Positions 8,908-19,145 of a stretch of 64,000 nt of DNA are shown here, piece after piece (the stretch's first letter is position 1; each line of letters starts with the position of its first letter). The translations under genes were made by a program, and so were the position numbers. This stretch comes from Dehalococcoidia bacterium. Lineage in GTDB: Bacteria; Chloroflexota; Dehalococcoidia; Lucifugimonadales; UBA1123. The stretch spans positions 20,122 through 84,121 of the forward strand of contig CBDESW010000039.1 in the NCBI GenBank assembly GCA_965242675.1. The letters are read 5' to 3'. The notes beneath the pieces are model-generated. The model saw only the letters and a program-made list of their open reading frames with translations, had not been told where the DNA came from and did no database searches.

Positions 8908-9960
8908 ATGAGCGAAACGGCGGGCGCCTCGCGGGTCGATGAGTTGGCGGCGCGGGCGCTTTCGGAGTTGGATTCGGCGGCGGATTCGCGGGCGCTGGAT
9001 GAGTGGCGCGCGGCGTTTCTCGGACGGCGCGGCGAGCTGACCGCCCTTCTGCGCGGGCTCGGCTCCCTGCCGCCGGCGGAGCGCCCCCAAGCCGGCGCCG
9101 CCGCCAACGCCGCCCGACGCGCCCTCGAGCGCGCGCTGGCGGAGCGCGAAGACGCCGTCCGCCGCGCCGAAGCGGACGCCGAGTCGGACGCGCTGGACGT
9201 CACCCTGCCCGGCTGGCCCGCCCCGCGCGGCGGACTGCACCCGACGACCCGCATCGTGCGCGAAATCTGCGCCGCCTTCGCGTCGATGGGCTTCGGCGTG
9301 GTGGAAGGGCCGGAAATCGAGCTCGACCGCTACAACTTCGAGATGCTGAACATCCCCAAAGACCACCCCGCGCGCGACATGTGGGATACGCTTTGGATAG
9401 ACCAAGAAGGCGCGGACGGCGAGCGCTCGATGCTTCTGCGGACGCACACCTCGCCGATGCAGGCGCGGATTATGGAAAGTACGCGCCCGCCGGTGCGCGT
9501 GGTCGTCCCCGGCAAGTGCTACCGCTACGAAGCCACCGACCCGCGCCACGAATGGCACTTCTACCAGATAGAGGGCTTGGCGGTGGACCGCGGAATCACC
9601 ATGGCGGACTTGAAAGGGACGCTCTACGAATTCGCGCGCCGAGTGTTCGGCGAAGACCGCCAAGTGCGATTCCGATGCGACTACTTCCCGTTCGTCGAGC
9701 CGGGGGTGGACATGTCCATAGACTGCTTCCTATGCGACGGCGGCGGCTGCCGCGTGTGCAGCCGGACGGGGTGGATAGAGATAATGGGCGCGGGCATGGT
9801 TCATCCCAAAGTGCTGTCGGGCGTGGGCTACGACCCGAACATCTACACCGGCTTCGCCTTCGGCATGGGGCCGGAGCGCATATCGATGCTCAAGCACGGC
9901 ATAGACGACATCCGCCTGTTCTACGCCAACGACCTGCGCTTTTTGAGACAGTTCGGCTAA
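8908..9960 (+). CDS. pheS: Phenylalanine--tRNA ligase alpha subunit
   Basis: 350-aa ORF with ..HPARDMWDT..LLRTHTSPMQ..GKCYRYE..FYQIEGL..FPFVEPG..GFAFGMGPERI.. class II motifs. Confidence 0.95.
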   Translation: MSETAGASRVDELAARALSELDSAADSRALDEWRAAFLGRRGELTALLRGLGSLPPAERPQAGAAANAARRALERALAEREDAVRRAEADAESDALDVTLPGWPAPRGGLHPTTRIVREICAAFASMGFGVVEGPEIELDRYNFEMLNIPKDHPARDMWDTLWIDQEGADGERSMLLRTHTSPMQARIMESTRPPVRVVVPGKCYRYEATDPRHEWHFYQIEGLAVDRGITMADLKGTLYEFARRVFGEDRQVRFRCDYFPFVEPGVDMSIDCFLCDGGGCRVCSRTGWIEIMGAGMVHPKVLSGVGYDPNIYTGFAFGMGPERISMLKHGIDDIRLFYANDLRFLRQFG

Positions 9961-9998
9961 ACGGCGGCGAATCGGCGAATCATCTAGGGAGCGAGAAA

Positions 9999-10790
9999 AT
10001 GACCGACAGCGGAATCAAGTACGTGGGCGTGGACGGTTGCACAGGCGGCTGGGTCGCTGTGGGGTTGGGCGACGGCGATGAGTCTTGCGTCAAAGTGTTT
10101 GGGCGCGGGGAGTTCCCCGTGTTGCTCGACCACTTCAGCGGCGCTAGCGTCGTTCTCGTGGACATGCCGATTGGGTTGCGAGAGGACGGGCCTATGTGCT
10201 ACCGCGCCTGCGACAACGAAGCGCGGTGTCTGTTGCGGGAGCGCAAAGGGTCGGTCTTCCAAGTCCCATCCAGACAATATCTGGATGAGGCGGAGCGCAA
10301 CGGATGGTGGAGTCATAACGACTATGGCGACGCCAACAAATGGTCAAAGCGCGTGTTGGGGGGCGGGATTAGCAAACAATCGTTTGGCATAATTCCGAAA
10401 ATAGACGAAGTGGACAAGGCGTTGTCGTCCGACGAAAATGCCTCTCCAAAAGTTCGGGAAGTCCATCCCGAAGTTTGCTTCTGGGCGTTGAATGGCAAAA
10501 CGCCTATGCAACACGGAAAGCGCGATGCCCTAGGTTTCGATGAACGCATCGAGACTCTGCGCCGTTGCGCTCACGATGTCAACGGAATAGACGTCGATGC
10601 AATACACACAAAAGCGCGCCGCGAAGAGCCTAGGAAAACCAAATTGGCGGACGACGACATTCTCGACGCCCTAGCCCTCGCAATCACCGCCAAAATCGGC
10701 TGTCAGCGGGGCGGATTCAAGACGCTGCCCGAAAGCCCGCCGACCGATTCCAAAGGCTTGCCGATGGAAATGGTTTACGCAATCCCATAG
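9999..10790 (+). CDS. DUF429-family protein (predicted RNase H-like fold), copy 1
   Basis: ATG 9999 behind GGGAGCGAG, inside the spurious 595-aa ORF 9003..10790. VGVDGCTGGWV..VLVDMPIGL..RACD..EVHPEVCFWAL..DDILDALALAITA match my memory of DUF429. Confidence 0.65.
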   Translation: MTDSGIKYVGVDGCTGGWVAVGLGDGDESCVKVFGRGEFPVLLDHFSGASVVLVDMPIGLREDGPMCYRACDNEARCLLRERKGSVFQVPSRQYLDEAERNGWWSHNDYGDANKWSKRVLGGGISKQSFGIIPKIDEVDKALSSDENASPKVREVHPEVCFWALNGKTPMQHGKRDALGFDERIETLRRCAHDVNGIDVDAIHTKARREEPRKTKLADDDILDALALAITAKIGCQRGGFKTLPESPPTDSKGLPMEMVYAIP

Positions 10791-10799
10791 GAGCGGAAA

Positions 10800-11591
10800 A
10801 TGACCGACAGCGAAATCAAGTACGTGGGCGTGGACGGTTGCAAAGCCGGGTGGATTGGCGTGGGGCTTAGCGATAGCGGTTGCTGGGATGTCAAGGTCTG
10901 CGTGGACTTCCCCGACTTGCTGACGCATTTCGGGGACGCTTGCGTCGTCCTCGTGGACATGCCAATCGGGTTGCCCGAAGACGGAGCGCCGATACTTCGG
11001 GCTTGCGACAAGCAAGCTCAAGCCCTGCTTGGTGACCGCAAGCAGTCGGTGTTCCATGTGCCGTCCAGACCATTCGTGGACGAGGTGATAAACAACCCAT
11101 GCTGGGAACATCACAAGGCTAACAAATGGTCAAAAGCCCGATACGACTGCGCCGGCATTAGCGTTCAGGCGTTTTCCATAACTAGGAAGATAGGCGAAGT
11201 GGGTAGGGCGCTGGCGTCCGAAAAAGGCGATTCTTCCAAAGTCAGGGAAGCCCATCCCGAAGTTTGCTTCTGGGCGCTGAATGGGAAGCAGTCCATGTCC
11301 AAAAACAAGGGTGGACATGCGGGTTACGATGAACGCCTTACAGTCTTGCGCGGTTGCGCTCACGCCGTTGCCGACATTGACGTCGACTCCATAGCCGGCG
11401 AAATACGTTGCAACTATACAAAAGGGCAAGTGGCGAACGACGACATCCTAGACGCCCTAGCCCTCGCAATCACCGCCAAACTCGGTTCGCAGGAAGGAAA
11501 CGAACTTAAAACGCTCCCCAAAAACCCGCAACCCGGTAGCGTCGGAGAAATGGTTTACGCCCTCCATAAGGACAAAACAACCCAATGCTAA
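10800..11591 (+). CDS. DUF429-family protein, copy 2 (paralog of 9999..10790)
   Basis: 263-aa ORF collinear with copy 1: MTDSEIKYVGVDGCKAGWI..VLVDMPIGLPEDG..EAHPEVCFWAL..DDILDALALAITA. Its stop overlaps the pheT start. Confidence 0.65.
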   Translation: MTDSEIKYVGVDGCKAGWIGVGLSDSGCWDVKVCVDFPDLLTHFGDACVVLVDMPIGLPEDGAPILRACDKQAQALLGDRKQSVFHVPSRPFVDEVINNPCWEHHKANKWSKARYDCAGISVQAFSITRKIGEVGRALASEKGDSSKVREAHPEVCFWALNGKQSMSKNKGGHAGYDERLTVLRGCAHAVADIDVDSIAGEIRCNYTKGQVANDDILDALALAITAKLGSQEGNELKTLPKNPQPGSVGEMVYALHKDKTTQC

Positions 11592-14068
11592 TACCCCTCT
11601 CCTGGCTCAAAAAATACGTCCCCCTATCCGATTCCCCCGCCGCGCTTGCTCACAAGCTCACTATGGCGGGGACCGAAATCGGCGGCGTCCGCGTCATCGG
11701 CGCGGATTGGGACGCGGATAAGGTCGTCGTGGGCGAGGTTTTGCGCGTTGAGCCGCATCCGAACGCCGACCGCCTGCGGTTGCCGACGGTGGATTTCGGC
11801 GGCGGACGGACGGCGACCGTCGTCTGCGGCGCGCCGAATGTGGCGGCGGGGCAGAAAATCGCCTTCGCCCAAGAGGGCGCGGCGCTCTTCAGCCCGCGCT
11901 CCGGCAAGACCGAGACGCTCAAGCGCGCCCGGATTCGCGGCGTGGAATCGCGCGGGATGGTCTGCTCGTCGCTCGAATTGGGGCTTGGCGAAGACCACGA
12001 CGGCATCCTCGTTCTCGACGCCGGCGCCCCCGTCGGCGCGCCGCTGGCGGACTATCTCGGCGACGCCGTTCTGGACGCCGAAGTGACGCCCAACCGCCCC
12101 GATTGCCTTTCCATCTTGGGAATCGCCCATGAAGCGGCGGCGATTGGCGGCGCGAGCGTCTCGGAGCCGGACATTTCCTACCCCGAAGAGGGCGAGCCGA
12201 TAGAGAATCTGGCGACGGTCGAGATAGCCGACCCCGATCTCTGCTACCGCTACACCGCCAGCCTAATCGCGGGCGTCAAGATGGGCGATTCCCCCAAGTG
12301 GATGCAGGACGCGCTCATCAAGGCGGGCCAGCGCCCCATCAACAACGTGGTGGACATCACCAACTACGTGATGCTGGAGTACGGGCAGCCGCTGCACGCC
12401 TTCGACTTCGACAAGTGCCGCGACCGGACGATTATCGTCCGCCAGGCGCGCGCGGGCGAGACGCTGGTCACGCTCGACGGCGAACGGCGCGAGCTGCGCC
12501 CGCCGATGCTGGCGATAGCCGATTCGCAAGACGCCATCGGGCTGGCGGGAATCATGGGCGGCGCGAACTCGGAGATGGACGAAAACACGCGGACAGTGTT
12601 GCTGGAATCCGCCAGTTTCGCCCCGGTGAACACGCGCTTGACGCGGACGGCGCTCGAGTTGCGAACGGAGGCGTCCGACAGATTCGAGCGCGGCATACGC
12701 TCGGTGCTCGCCCCAATCGCGCTGCGGCGGGCGACCAAACTCATCGTGGAGCTGTGCGGCGGAGTGGCGGCGAAGGGCGTCATAGACCTCTACCCGACCA
12801 AGCGCGAGCCGCCCGCGCTGAGCCTGAGCCGCGCGCGAATCCGTCAGGTGCTTGGCGTGGATTACCCCATGCCGCAAGTGCGGCGCGTGCTGGAATCGCT
12901 CGGATTCGAGGAGACGGACGCGCCCGGCGGACTGATAGACCTGATAGAAGCGGTCGAAGCCGCGCCCGCGCCGGAGCGCGCCGATGCGCTGTGGGTGAAA
13001 GTCCCCTACTGGCGCTCGGACATCTCGATGGAAGACGACCTGGTGGAAGAAGTGGCGCGAATCATCGGCTACGACTCGTTGCCGGCGACGATGCTTTCGA
13101 CGCCGATTCCGAACCGCCCGCCGCAGCCCGTCGCCGAGATTAAAGACGCATTGCGCGACATGCTCGCCGCCGCCGGGATGCAGGAAACCATATCGTACTC
13201 GCCGACCACGCTTGAAGATTTGCGGAAGATAGGCGCGCTGGACGAATCCAACCCGCCGCTCCGCATCGCCAACCCGCTCAGCAGCCGCTGGGAGTACATG
13301 CGGACGAGCCTGCGCTCCAGCGTCCTGAACACGCTCGCCTACAACCGCCGCCTCGCGCAGGGCGAGGGCATACGCATCTTCGAGGTCGGGCGCGTCTATA
13401 TCCCCAAGCCGGATGCGGAAGGGGACGGTCTGCCGGACGAGCTGGAAATGGCGGTCGGCGCCTTCTCAGGGCCTCGCTTCCCCGCCTCATGGCTAGCGGA
13501 CGAGGACGACATGGGCTTCTACGACGCCAAAGGCGCGCTGGAGTCGGTATTCGCCGCTCTGAATCTGGACGCGGCGTTCGAGCCGGCGGATGGCGACCCG
13601 GTTCTGCGCCCAGGACGGGCGGCGAGCGTAACCGCCGGCGGCGTCCATCTGGGCGTCGTGGGCGAAGTGCGGCGCGAAGTCCTGGCGGGCTTCGGCTTGG
13701 AATCGCGCCCGGTCGCATTGTTCGAGCTGAGCGCGGCGTCGCTGCTGGCGGCGCTCGGCGGCGCGGGCGTCTCATACGAAAGCGCCAGCCGCTACCCGGA
13801 GTCTTACCGCGACCTCGCCATCGTGGTGGACGCGGACGTGTCCGCCGCCCGCATGCGGCGGATAATCGAGCGCCACGCGCTGGCGGTCCGCAGCGCCCCG
13901 TTCGACATCTACGCCGGCGAGGGCGTGCCGGCGGGGAAGAAATCGGTCGCCTTCCGAGTGGCGTTCCAATCCGACAGGGGGACGCTCACATCCGAGCAGG
14001 TCGACCGCTTCCAGAACGACATACTGCGCCAACTGCGCCGAGAGCTGGGCGCGGAACTGCGGGGCTAA
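11585..14068 (+). CDS. pheT: Phenylalanine--tRNA ligase beta subunit
   Basis: 827-aa ORF starting MLIPLSWLKKYV, with tRNA-binding, B3/4, B5 and FDX-ACB-like segments in canonical order. Confidence 0.95.
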   Translation: MLIPLSWLKKYVPLSDSPAALAHKLTMAGTEIGGVRVIGADWDADKVVVGEVLRVEPHPNADRLRLPTVDFGGGRTATVVCGAPNVAAGQKIAFAQEGAALFSPRSGKTETLKRARIRGVESRGMVCSSLELGLGEDHDGILVLDAGAPVGAPLADYLGDAVLDAEVTPNRPDCLSILGIAHEAAAIGGASVSEPDISYPEEGEPIENLATVEIADPDLCYRYTASLIAGVKMGDSPKWMQDALIKAGQRPINNVVDITNYVMLEYGQPLHAFDFDKCRDRTIIVRQARAGETLVTLDGERRELRPPMLAIADSQDAIGLAGIMGGANSEMDENTRTVLLESASFAPVNTRLTRTALELRTEASDRFERGIRSVLAPIALRRATKLIVELCGGVAAKGVIDLYPTKREPPALSLSRARIRQVLGVDYPMPQVRRVLESLGFEETDAPGGLIDLIEAVEAAPAPERADALWVKVPYWRSDISMEDDLVEEVARIIGYDSLPATMLSTPIPNRPPQPVAEIKDALRDMLAAAGMQETISYSPTTLEDLRKIGALDESNPPLRIANPLSSRWEYMRTSLRSSVLNTLAYNRRLAQGEGIRIFEVGRVYIPKPDAEGDGLPDELEMAVGAFSGPRFPASWLADEDDMGFYDAKGALESVFAALNLDAAFEPADGDPVLRPGRAASVTAGGVHLGVVGEVRREVLAGFGLESRPVALFELSAASLLAALGGAGVSYESASRYPESYRDLAIVVDADVSAARMRRIIERHALAVRSAPFDIYAGEGVPAGKKSVAFRVAFQSDRGTLTSEQVDRFQNDILRQLRRELGAELRG

Positions 14069-14125
14069 CGGCGGCGCGCGTTCGCGTTCAGCGCCCGTCC
14101 GTCAAGGCTGGGCGGCGCTCGGCGC

Positions 14126-15328
14126 TTACCCGTCCGCCGCCTTTTCGCCCGCCAGCCCTTCGCGCTCCATCACTCGCGCGGCGCGCTCGTGGCTGTTTAT
14201 CGCGCTTGTCCGCGCGTCGGCGGCGCGCTTCCAGGTCTCGCGGTTTTCGTTGACGAACTTGTACGACTCCAGATAGCCGTCCAGCATCCCGTTGACTTGC
14301 GGGACGACGTACCGCGCCGCCAAGTCCCAGCTTCTCAGGGTGTCTTCGCGGTTCGCCCAGTCGTGGACGAATCCGACCACGCAGCCGAAGCCGCCGGTCA
14401 GCTCCATCATCTCGCGGATGCGCGCCGTCAGGTCGTCCGGCGTGCCTATCACCGCCGTGCTTTCGTCCGAGAACGCCACGTCGTCCACCGCTTCATCCGG
14501 CGTCTTGTAGATAGGCCCTTCGCCCGCCGCCAGCGTGCCGACGGTGTATTCGTTGTTGTGGCGCATCAGTCCATCCCGCGCCTGCTTTCGCGCTTCCTCG
14601 CGGCTTTCGGCTATGTGCCAATTCATCACGATGCGCCAATTCCTGCGGTCAACAGTCTTGCCGTGTTTGGCGGCGGATTCTTCCGCGAAGCTCCACTGGA
14701 GCGGCAGCGAGCGCATCCCCGCCCGCGTCATCGAGCCGATGGACAGAACGCCCGCCTCGTGCTTGCCGGCGAGCGTCATGCCGGAGGGCGTCACGATGGA
14801 CGCGACGGCGAATTCCATGCGCTCCTGAAGCGGCTTGAGCTGCAGGCGGGCGTCGCGCAGACGGAACCAGTCCGATTCGTAGCTGAAGCGCTCGTCCGAC
14901 TCGAACAGTCGGCGGATTACCCCCATCGCCTCATCCTGCCGGTCGCGCAGGAGCATCGGATCCATGCCCAGCATGTGGGCGTCGGACGGCAGGGCGCCGG
15001 GGCCGGAGCCGAAAATGGCGCGCCCGCGCGACTGGTGGTCGAGTTGCGCCATGCGCTGGGCGACCATGAACGGGTGGTGATAGGGCAGCGAAACGACGCC
15101 CGTGCCGAGCATGATTCGCTGCGTCCGCTCGGCGGCGGCGGCGAGGAATACCTCCGGCGAGGCTATCACCTCCCAGCCGGTGGAGTGATGCTCGCCGCAC
15201 CAGAACTCGTCGTAGCCGAGATAGTCCAGCCGGCGGACGAACTCCAGGTCGTTCTGGAGCTGCAGCGTCGGGTTTTCGCCAATCGGGTGATGCGGCGCGA
15301 GAAAAGCGCCGAAACGCAGTTTTGCCAT
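14126..15328 (-). CDS. LLM-class flavin-dependent oxidoreductase (luciferase-like monooxygenase)
   Basis: 400-aa ORF. MAKLRFGAFLAPHH..GYDEFWCGEHHS..LGTGVVSLPYHHP are typical of the bacterial luciferase-like family. Confidence 0.8.
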   Translation of the reverse strand: MAKLRFGAFLAPHHPIGENPTLQLQNDLEFVRRLDYLGYDEFWCGEHHSTGWEVIASPEVFLAAAAERTQRIMLGTGVVSLPYHHPFMVAQRMAQLDHQSRGRAIFGSGPGALPSDAHMLGMDPMLLRDRQDEAMGVIRRLFESDERFSYESDWFRLRDARLQLKPLQERMEFAVASIVTPSGMTLAGKHEAGVLSIGSMTRAGMRSLPLQWSFAEESAAKHGKTVDRRNWRIVMNWHIAESREEARKQARDGLMRHNNEYTVGTLAAGEGPIYKTPDEAVDDVAFSDESTAVIGTPDDLTARIREMMELTGGFGCVVGFVHDWANREDTLRSWDLAARYVVPQVNGMLDGYLESYKFVNENRETWKRAADARTSAINSHERAARVMEREGLAGEKAADG

Positions 15329-15418
15329 TTTGGGGATACGCCTTTCGTCGGGTTGGTTGAAAATCGGTCAAGGCTATTCTAGGGGATTCGGGCGGTCGGG
15401 GGTTAGCCCCCCTTTCCA

Positions 15419-15660
15419 TTCCGTCATTCCCGCGAAAGCGGGAATCCAGAAAGCGGCTGGATCCGCGAATCCGGAACGCCCCGCGCGCAAAGCCGCGCTT
15501 GCGCGCGGCTCACCCTCACCCTAGCCCTCTCCCATCAAGGGAGAGGGGATGCGTTGGCTTCAGTTCAAGCCTGATTTCAAGCGGCGGTCTTGTCCCCGCT
15601 TTCGCGAGGATGACGTTGTTGGTCGACTCTGGATTCCCGCCTTCGCGGGAATGACGGGGG
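15419..15660. repeat. Cluster of modular intergenic repeats (D inverted, then A-B-C-D)
   Basis: ccgtcattcccgcgaaagcgggaatccaga, then caccctcaccctagccctctcccatcaagggagaggggat + gcgttggcttcagttcaagc.. + ttgtccccgctttcgcgaggatgacgttgttgg + tctggattcccgccttcgcgggaatgacgggg. Confidence 0.9.
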
Positions 15661-15775
15661 GATGGAGAAGGAATTTGTCTCCCCATCCCCGCCTAAAACG
15701 CGCGCTTTCGCAACCGCCAATGTTGTGGTATATTGAAACCGCATCCCCAAACGAACAGGCGCGGAGGGCAGACCG

Positions 15776-17233
15776 ATGGCGAACGACGCGATGACGACCG
15801 ACAAGACCGATCTGAAGCTGATAGCCCACTTGACGCGGCGCGCCGGCTTCGGCGCGGACAGAGCGCGGCTGGAGCGATACGCCGAGAACGGCTACGAGGC
15901 GGCGGTGGACGAACTGCTGAACGCCCCCGACCGCTCCGAAATGCCCGACGACCTCATCCGCCGCTACCACCACGAGCAGTCGGGGATGATGGGGCAGATA
16001 GCCCCCGGCTCGAACTGGCTCTACAAGCTGTCGACCTCCGCCGACCCGCTGCGCGAGAAGATGGCGCTGTTCTGGCACGGCATCTTCGCCACGGGCTACC
16101 CGAAAATCACGCAGGGGAAGGTGCTGAGCGACCAGATCCGCATGTTCCGCCGCTACGGGATGGGGAACTTCCGCGATCTGCTCCTGCAGCTCGCCAAAGA
16201 CCCGGCGATGATTGTCTGGCTGGACAACCACGACAACCGCAAGGGCGCCATCAACGAGAACTTCGGGCGGGAGCTGCTGGAGCTCTTCTCGATGGGCGTG
16301 GGCAACTACGATGAGGACGACATCAAAGAGGCGTCCCGCGCCTTCACCGGGTGGACGATTGACAACACCGAGTACATGGCGCTGCGGGCGATGCGCGATT
16401 CCATTTGGCCCTACGGCAGACTCGCCTGGCGATTCCGCTTCGACGAGGGCGACCACGACGGCGGCGAGAAGGAATTTCTGGGCGAGCGCGGCGATTTCGA
16501 CGGCGATGCCATCGTGGACATCATCTGCCGCCAAGAGGCGACGGCGCGGTTCATCGCGCGGCACATGTACCACTTCTTCGTCGCGGACGAGCCGCCCGTG
16601 CCGCAGTGGCCCTACGCGGAGCCGCGCGACCCGGACGCCATCGAGACGCTCGCCGCCGCCTACTTCGAGAGCGAAGGCGACATATCCCAGATGCTCCGCG
16701 TTCTGTTCACTTCGGACTTCTTCAAGTCCGAAGACTGCCGCTACGCCCGCGTCAAAAGCCCGGCGGAGTTGGTCGCCGGCGTCCTGCGCCTCACCGGCGA
16801 ATTCGACCGCCCCAGGCGGCAGATAATCGACCGCCAGCAGCAGATGACTTGGATGGGGCAGTTCCTCATCAACCCGCCGTCGGTGGAGGGTTGGACGGAA
16901 GGGCTGAATTGGATAGACACCGGCGCGCTGGTGGAGCGCGTCAACTTCGCGTCCGAGCAGATGGGCAACGCCGAGCGCCCCGGAATCCGCGCCATCATCG
17001 AGCGCGTGGCGACCGACGGCGGAGCCGCCATCGCCCCCGACAGCCTAGTCGACCGCTGCCTGGACGAGATGGGCATGATGGAGGTGTCCGCCGAGACGCG
17101 CGACCGCCTAATCGCCTTCGCCGCCCAAGAGGGCGACCTGACGGCGGGCGCGGAAGTGACGCCGGAATCGGAGCGCCGCGTGTCGGGCTTGCTCCGCATA
17201 ATAGCCGCGACGCACGAATTCCAGCGGGCTTAG
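15776..17233 (+). CDS. DUF1800 domain-containing protein
   Basis: 485-aa ORF. LTRRAGFGA..MALFWHGIFAT..ENFGRELLELFSMGVGNY..FTGW are DUF1800 hallmarks. Confidence 0.8.
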   Translation: MANDAMTTDKTDLKLIAHLTRRAGFGADRARLERYAENGYEAAVDELLNAPDRSEMPDDLIRRYHHEQSGMMGQIAPGSNWLYKLSTSADPLREKMALFWHGIFATGYPKITQGKVLSDQIRMFRRYGMGNFRDLLLQLAKDPAMIVWLDNHDNRKGAINENFGRELLELFSMGVGNYDEDDIKEASRAFTGWTIDNTEYMALRAMRDSIWPYGRLAWRFRFDEGDHDGGEKEFLGERGDFDGDAIVDIICRQEATARFIARHMYHFFVADEPPVPQWPYAEPRDPDAIETLAAAYFESEGDISQMLRVLFTSDFFKSEDCRYARVKSPAELVAGVLRLTGEFDRPRRQIIDRQQQMTWMGQFLINPPSVEGWTEGLNWIDTGALVERVNFASEQMGNAERPGIRAIIERVATDGGAAIAPDSLVDRCLDEMGMMEVSAETRDRLIAFAAQEGDLTAGAEVTPESERRVSGLLRIIAATHEFQRA

Positions 17234-17338
17234 CGCGAACGCCGCCGGACGCCAAGCGAGACGGGGCGCGGGCTTTCGTAGTAGAATGTCCGCGCCGCCG
17301 CCGCGCCGTCGAGCGAAAGACATGAGAGGCGAAACCGA

Positions 17339-17791
17339 ATGACGGAAGAGACCACTGAAGAGCGAACCGAGCGAACCGAGCGCCCCGCCGCGCCGAGATT
17401 CTCGGAATCCGAATCGCCCCCCGCCTGGCTAATCGCCACGCGCGGGGACTTGCGCGAGCTGGAATTCCGCGTCAACACGCGCATTGACGACGCGAAAGCG
17501 GATGTCATCGCGCGCATAGACGACGCAAAGGCGAATACGCGGTCGCGCGCAGACGTCTCGAAGCCGGACGTCATCGCTGGGCTAGACGACATTATCGCTG
17601 GGCTAGACGAACTGAAAGAGCAAGGCAGGGCGGAGGACGCCAAGTTGGCCGTCATTTCGGAAGCGCTCGCCCGCATAGAGGCGCGACAGAAATACCGAGA
17701 TCCCCGCGAATACGTCCCGATATGGATTGGAATCGCGGTCGCGGCGGCGGCGATAATCGCCGGAATCATCCTGAGAATCGCGGCGGGCTAG
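17339..17791 (+). CDS. Hypothetical coiled-coil protein with a C-terminal TM anchor
   Basis: 150-aa ORF behind GAGAGG. Internal RIDDAKADVIARIDDAKAN repeats and a hydrophobic tail IWIGIAVAAAAIIAGIILRIAAG. Confidence 0.45.
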   Translation: MTEETTEERTERTERPAAPRFSESESPPAWLIATRGDLRELEFRVNTRIDDAKADVIARIDDAKANTRSRADVSKPDVIAGLDDIIAGLDELKEQGRAEDAKLAVISEALARIEARQKYRDPREYVPIWIGIAVAAAAIIAGIILRIAAG

Positions 17792-17813
17792 GAAGCGCTG
17801 GCGTCCGCGACAT

Positions 17814-17845
17814 TCTGGATTCCCGCTTTCGCGGGAATGACGGGG
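17814..17845. repeat. Solo D module of the interspersed repeat family
   Basis: tctggattcccgctttcgcgggaatgacgggg. Confidence 0.85.
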
Positions 17846-17975
17846 CGGGAATCAGGCGGCGTCCGCAGACCGCGAAACCATCGACCTAAGCGCCTTCCCG
17901 CCCTAGCCGCGCCCCAACCCCATACCACCGCGACTACCCGAACCCAGCGACACCCGAACGGAGGCGAGCGAAAAC

Positions 17976-19016
17976 ATGACCACCCAAACCATCGAAAAGA
18001 CCGCGACCGGCAGGCTGGTTTACAGCCACTCCATCGGCTTGTCCACCATGGAGGGGCGCGGATTCTACTACCCCTCCGACACGCTCTGCGGCGCGGACGG
18101 CAGGCTTTACACCGTCAGCCGCTCGCTGGAGGGCGATACGCGCGGCGTCCGCGTCACCGTTTACGACATAGACAGCGAATACTACGGCGCGTTCGCCTCG
18201 TTCGGCGAAGCCGCCGGGCAGTTCATCTGGCCCGTCGCCATCGCCCAAAGCCGCGCGGGGCTGATCTACGTCAGCGACGAGGACAAAAACGACGTCACGG
18301 CGCTCGACTCGGACGGAAACGTCGTCCACCATTGGGGCGAGACGGGGAGCGCGCCGGGCGAGCTTGACGGGCCAGCCGGTCTCGCCTTCGACTCCGACGA
18401 CCGCCTCTACGTCGCCGACCAGCGCAACCACCGCGTGCAGATTTTCAGCGCGGCGGGCGACTATCTCGGCGGATTCGGATCGCGCGGAGACGGCGACGGC
18501 GAGTTCGCGCTCCCCTGGGGCGCGACGATAGCGCCGGACAGCGACCTCTACGTCGCCGACTGGGGCAACGACCGCGTCCAGCGGCTCACGGCGGACGGCG
18601 AGTTCGTCGCGCAATACGGCGCGTCTGGGCGTGGCGAGGGGCAGTTGCGCCGACCGTCCGCCGTCGCGGTGGACGAAGACGGCTTCGTGTACGCATCCGA
18701 CTGGGGCAACGAGCGCGTCGTGGTGTTCGACGCGGACGGCGGCCACGTCCAAACCCTGCGCGGCGAGGCGACCGATTCCAAGTGGGCGGAGGCGTTCCTG
18801 TCGATCAACCTAGAGGAAGCCGCCGCCAGAAGCCGCGCGGACATGGAGCCGAAACTGGACGGCTTCTTCGCGGACGACCCGCACGAAGAATCGTCCCACA
18901 TAGAAAAATACTTCTGGGCGCCCACGTCGGTGAAGCTGGACGCCGAAGGCAGGCTGTACGTCACCGAAAGCAACCGCCACCGGGTGCAGATATACCGGCG
19001 GAACGGCGGGGCGTAG
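17976..19016 (+). CDS. NHL repeat-containing protein (beta-propeller)
   Basis: 346-aa ORF with repeated ..G.G.GQF..P.G.A.D..G.iYV.D..N.RVQ.F motifs, about 6 blades. Confidence 0.8.
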   Translation: MTTQTIEKTATGRLVYSHSIGLSTMEGRGFYYPSDTLCGADGRLYTVSRSLEGDTRGVRVTVYDIDSEYYGAFASFGEAAGQFIWPVAIAQSRAGLIYVSDEDKNDVTALDSDGNVVHHWGETGSAPGELDGPAGLAFDSDDRLYVADQRNHRVQIFSAAGDYLGGFGSRGDGDGEFALPWGATIAPDSDLYVADWGNDRVQRLTADGEFVAQYGASGRGEGQLRRPSAVAVDEDGFVYASDWGNERVVVFDADGGHVQTLRGEATDSKWAEAFLSINLEEAAARSRADMEPKLDGFFADDPHEESSHIEKYFWAPTSVKLDAEGRLYVTESNRHRVQIYRRNGGA

Positions 19017-19145
19017 GGGGGGCGGCGAATTCTTGCGGACTCCGCGTTTCCCCGTTCATTCGCCCTGTTGCAACTTTCCGCTCAGGCGCTACAATACTCT
19101 TGAACGACCCAAAGCCCGCGACACACGCCGCTCGGACGCATCGCC

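Noticed and set aside
9003-9998. The 595-aa ORF 9003..10790 as a single large protein.
   Set aside because: Its first ~330 codons are an Arg/Pro/Ala-rich alternative frame inside pheS, a GC-rich shadow ORF. Only the part from ATG 9999 is sensible (DUF429).
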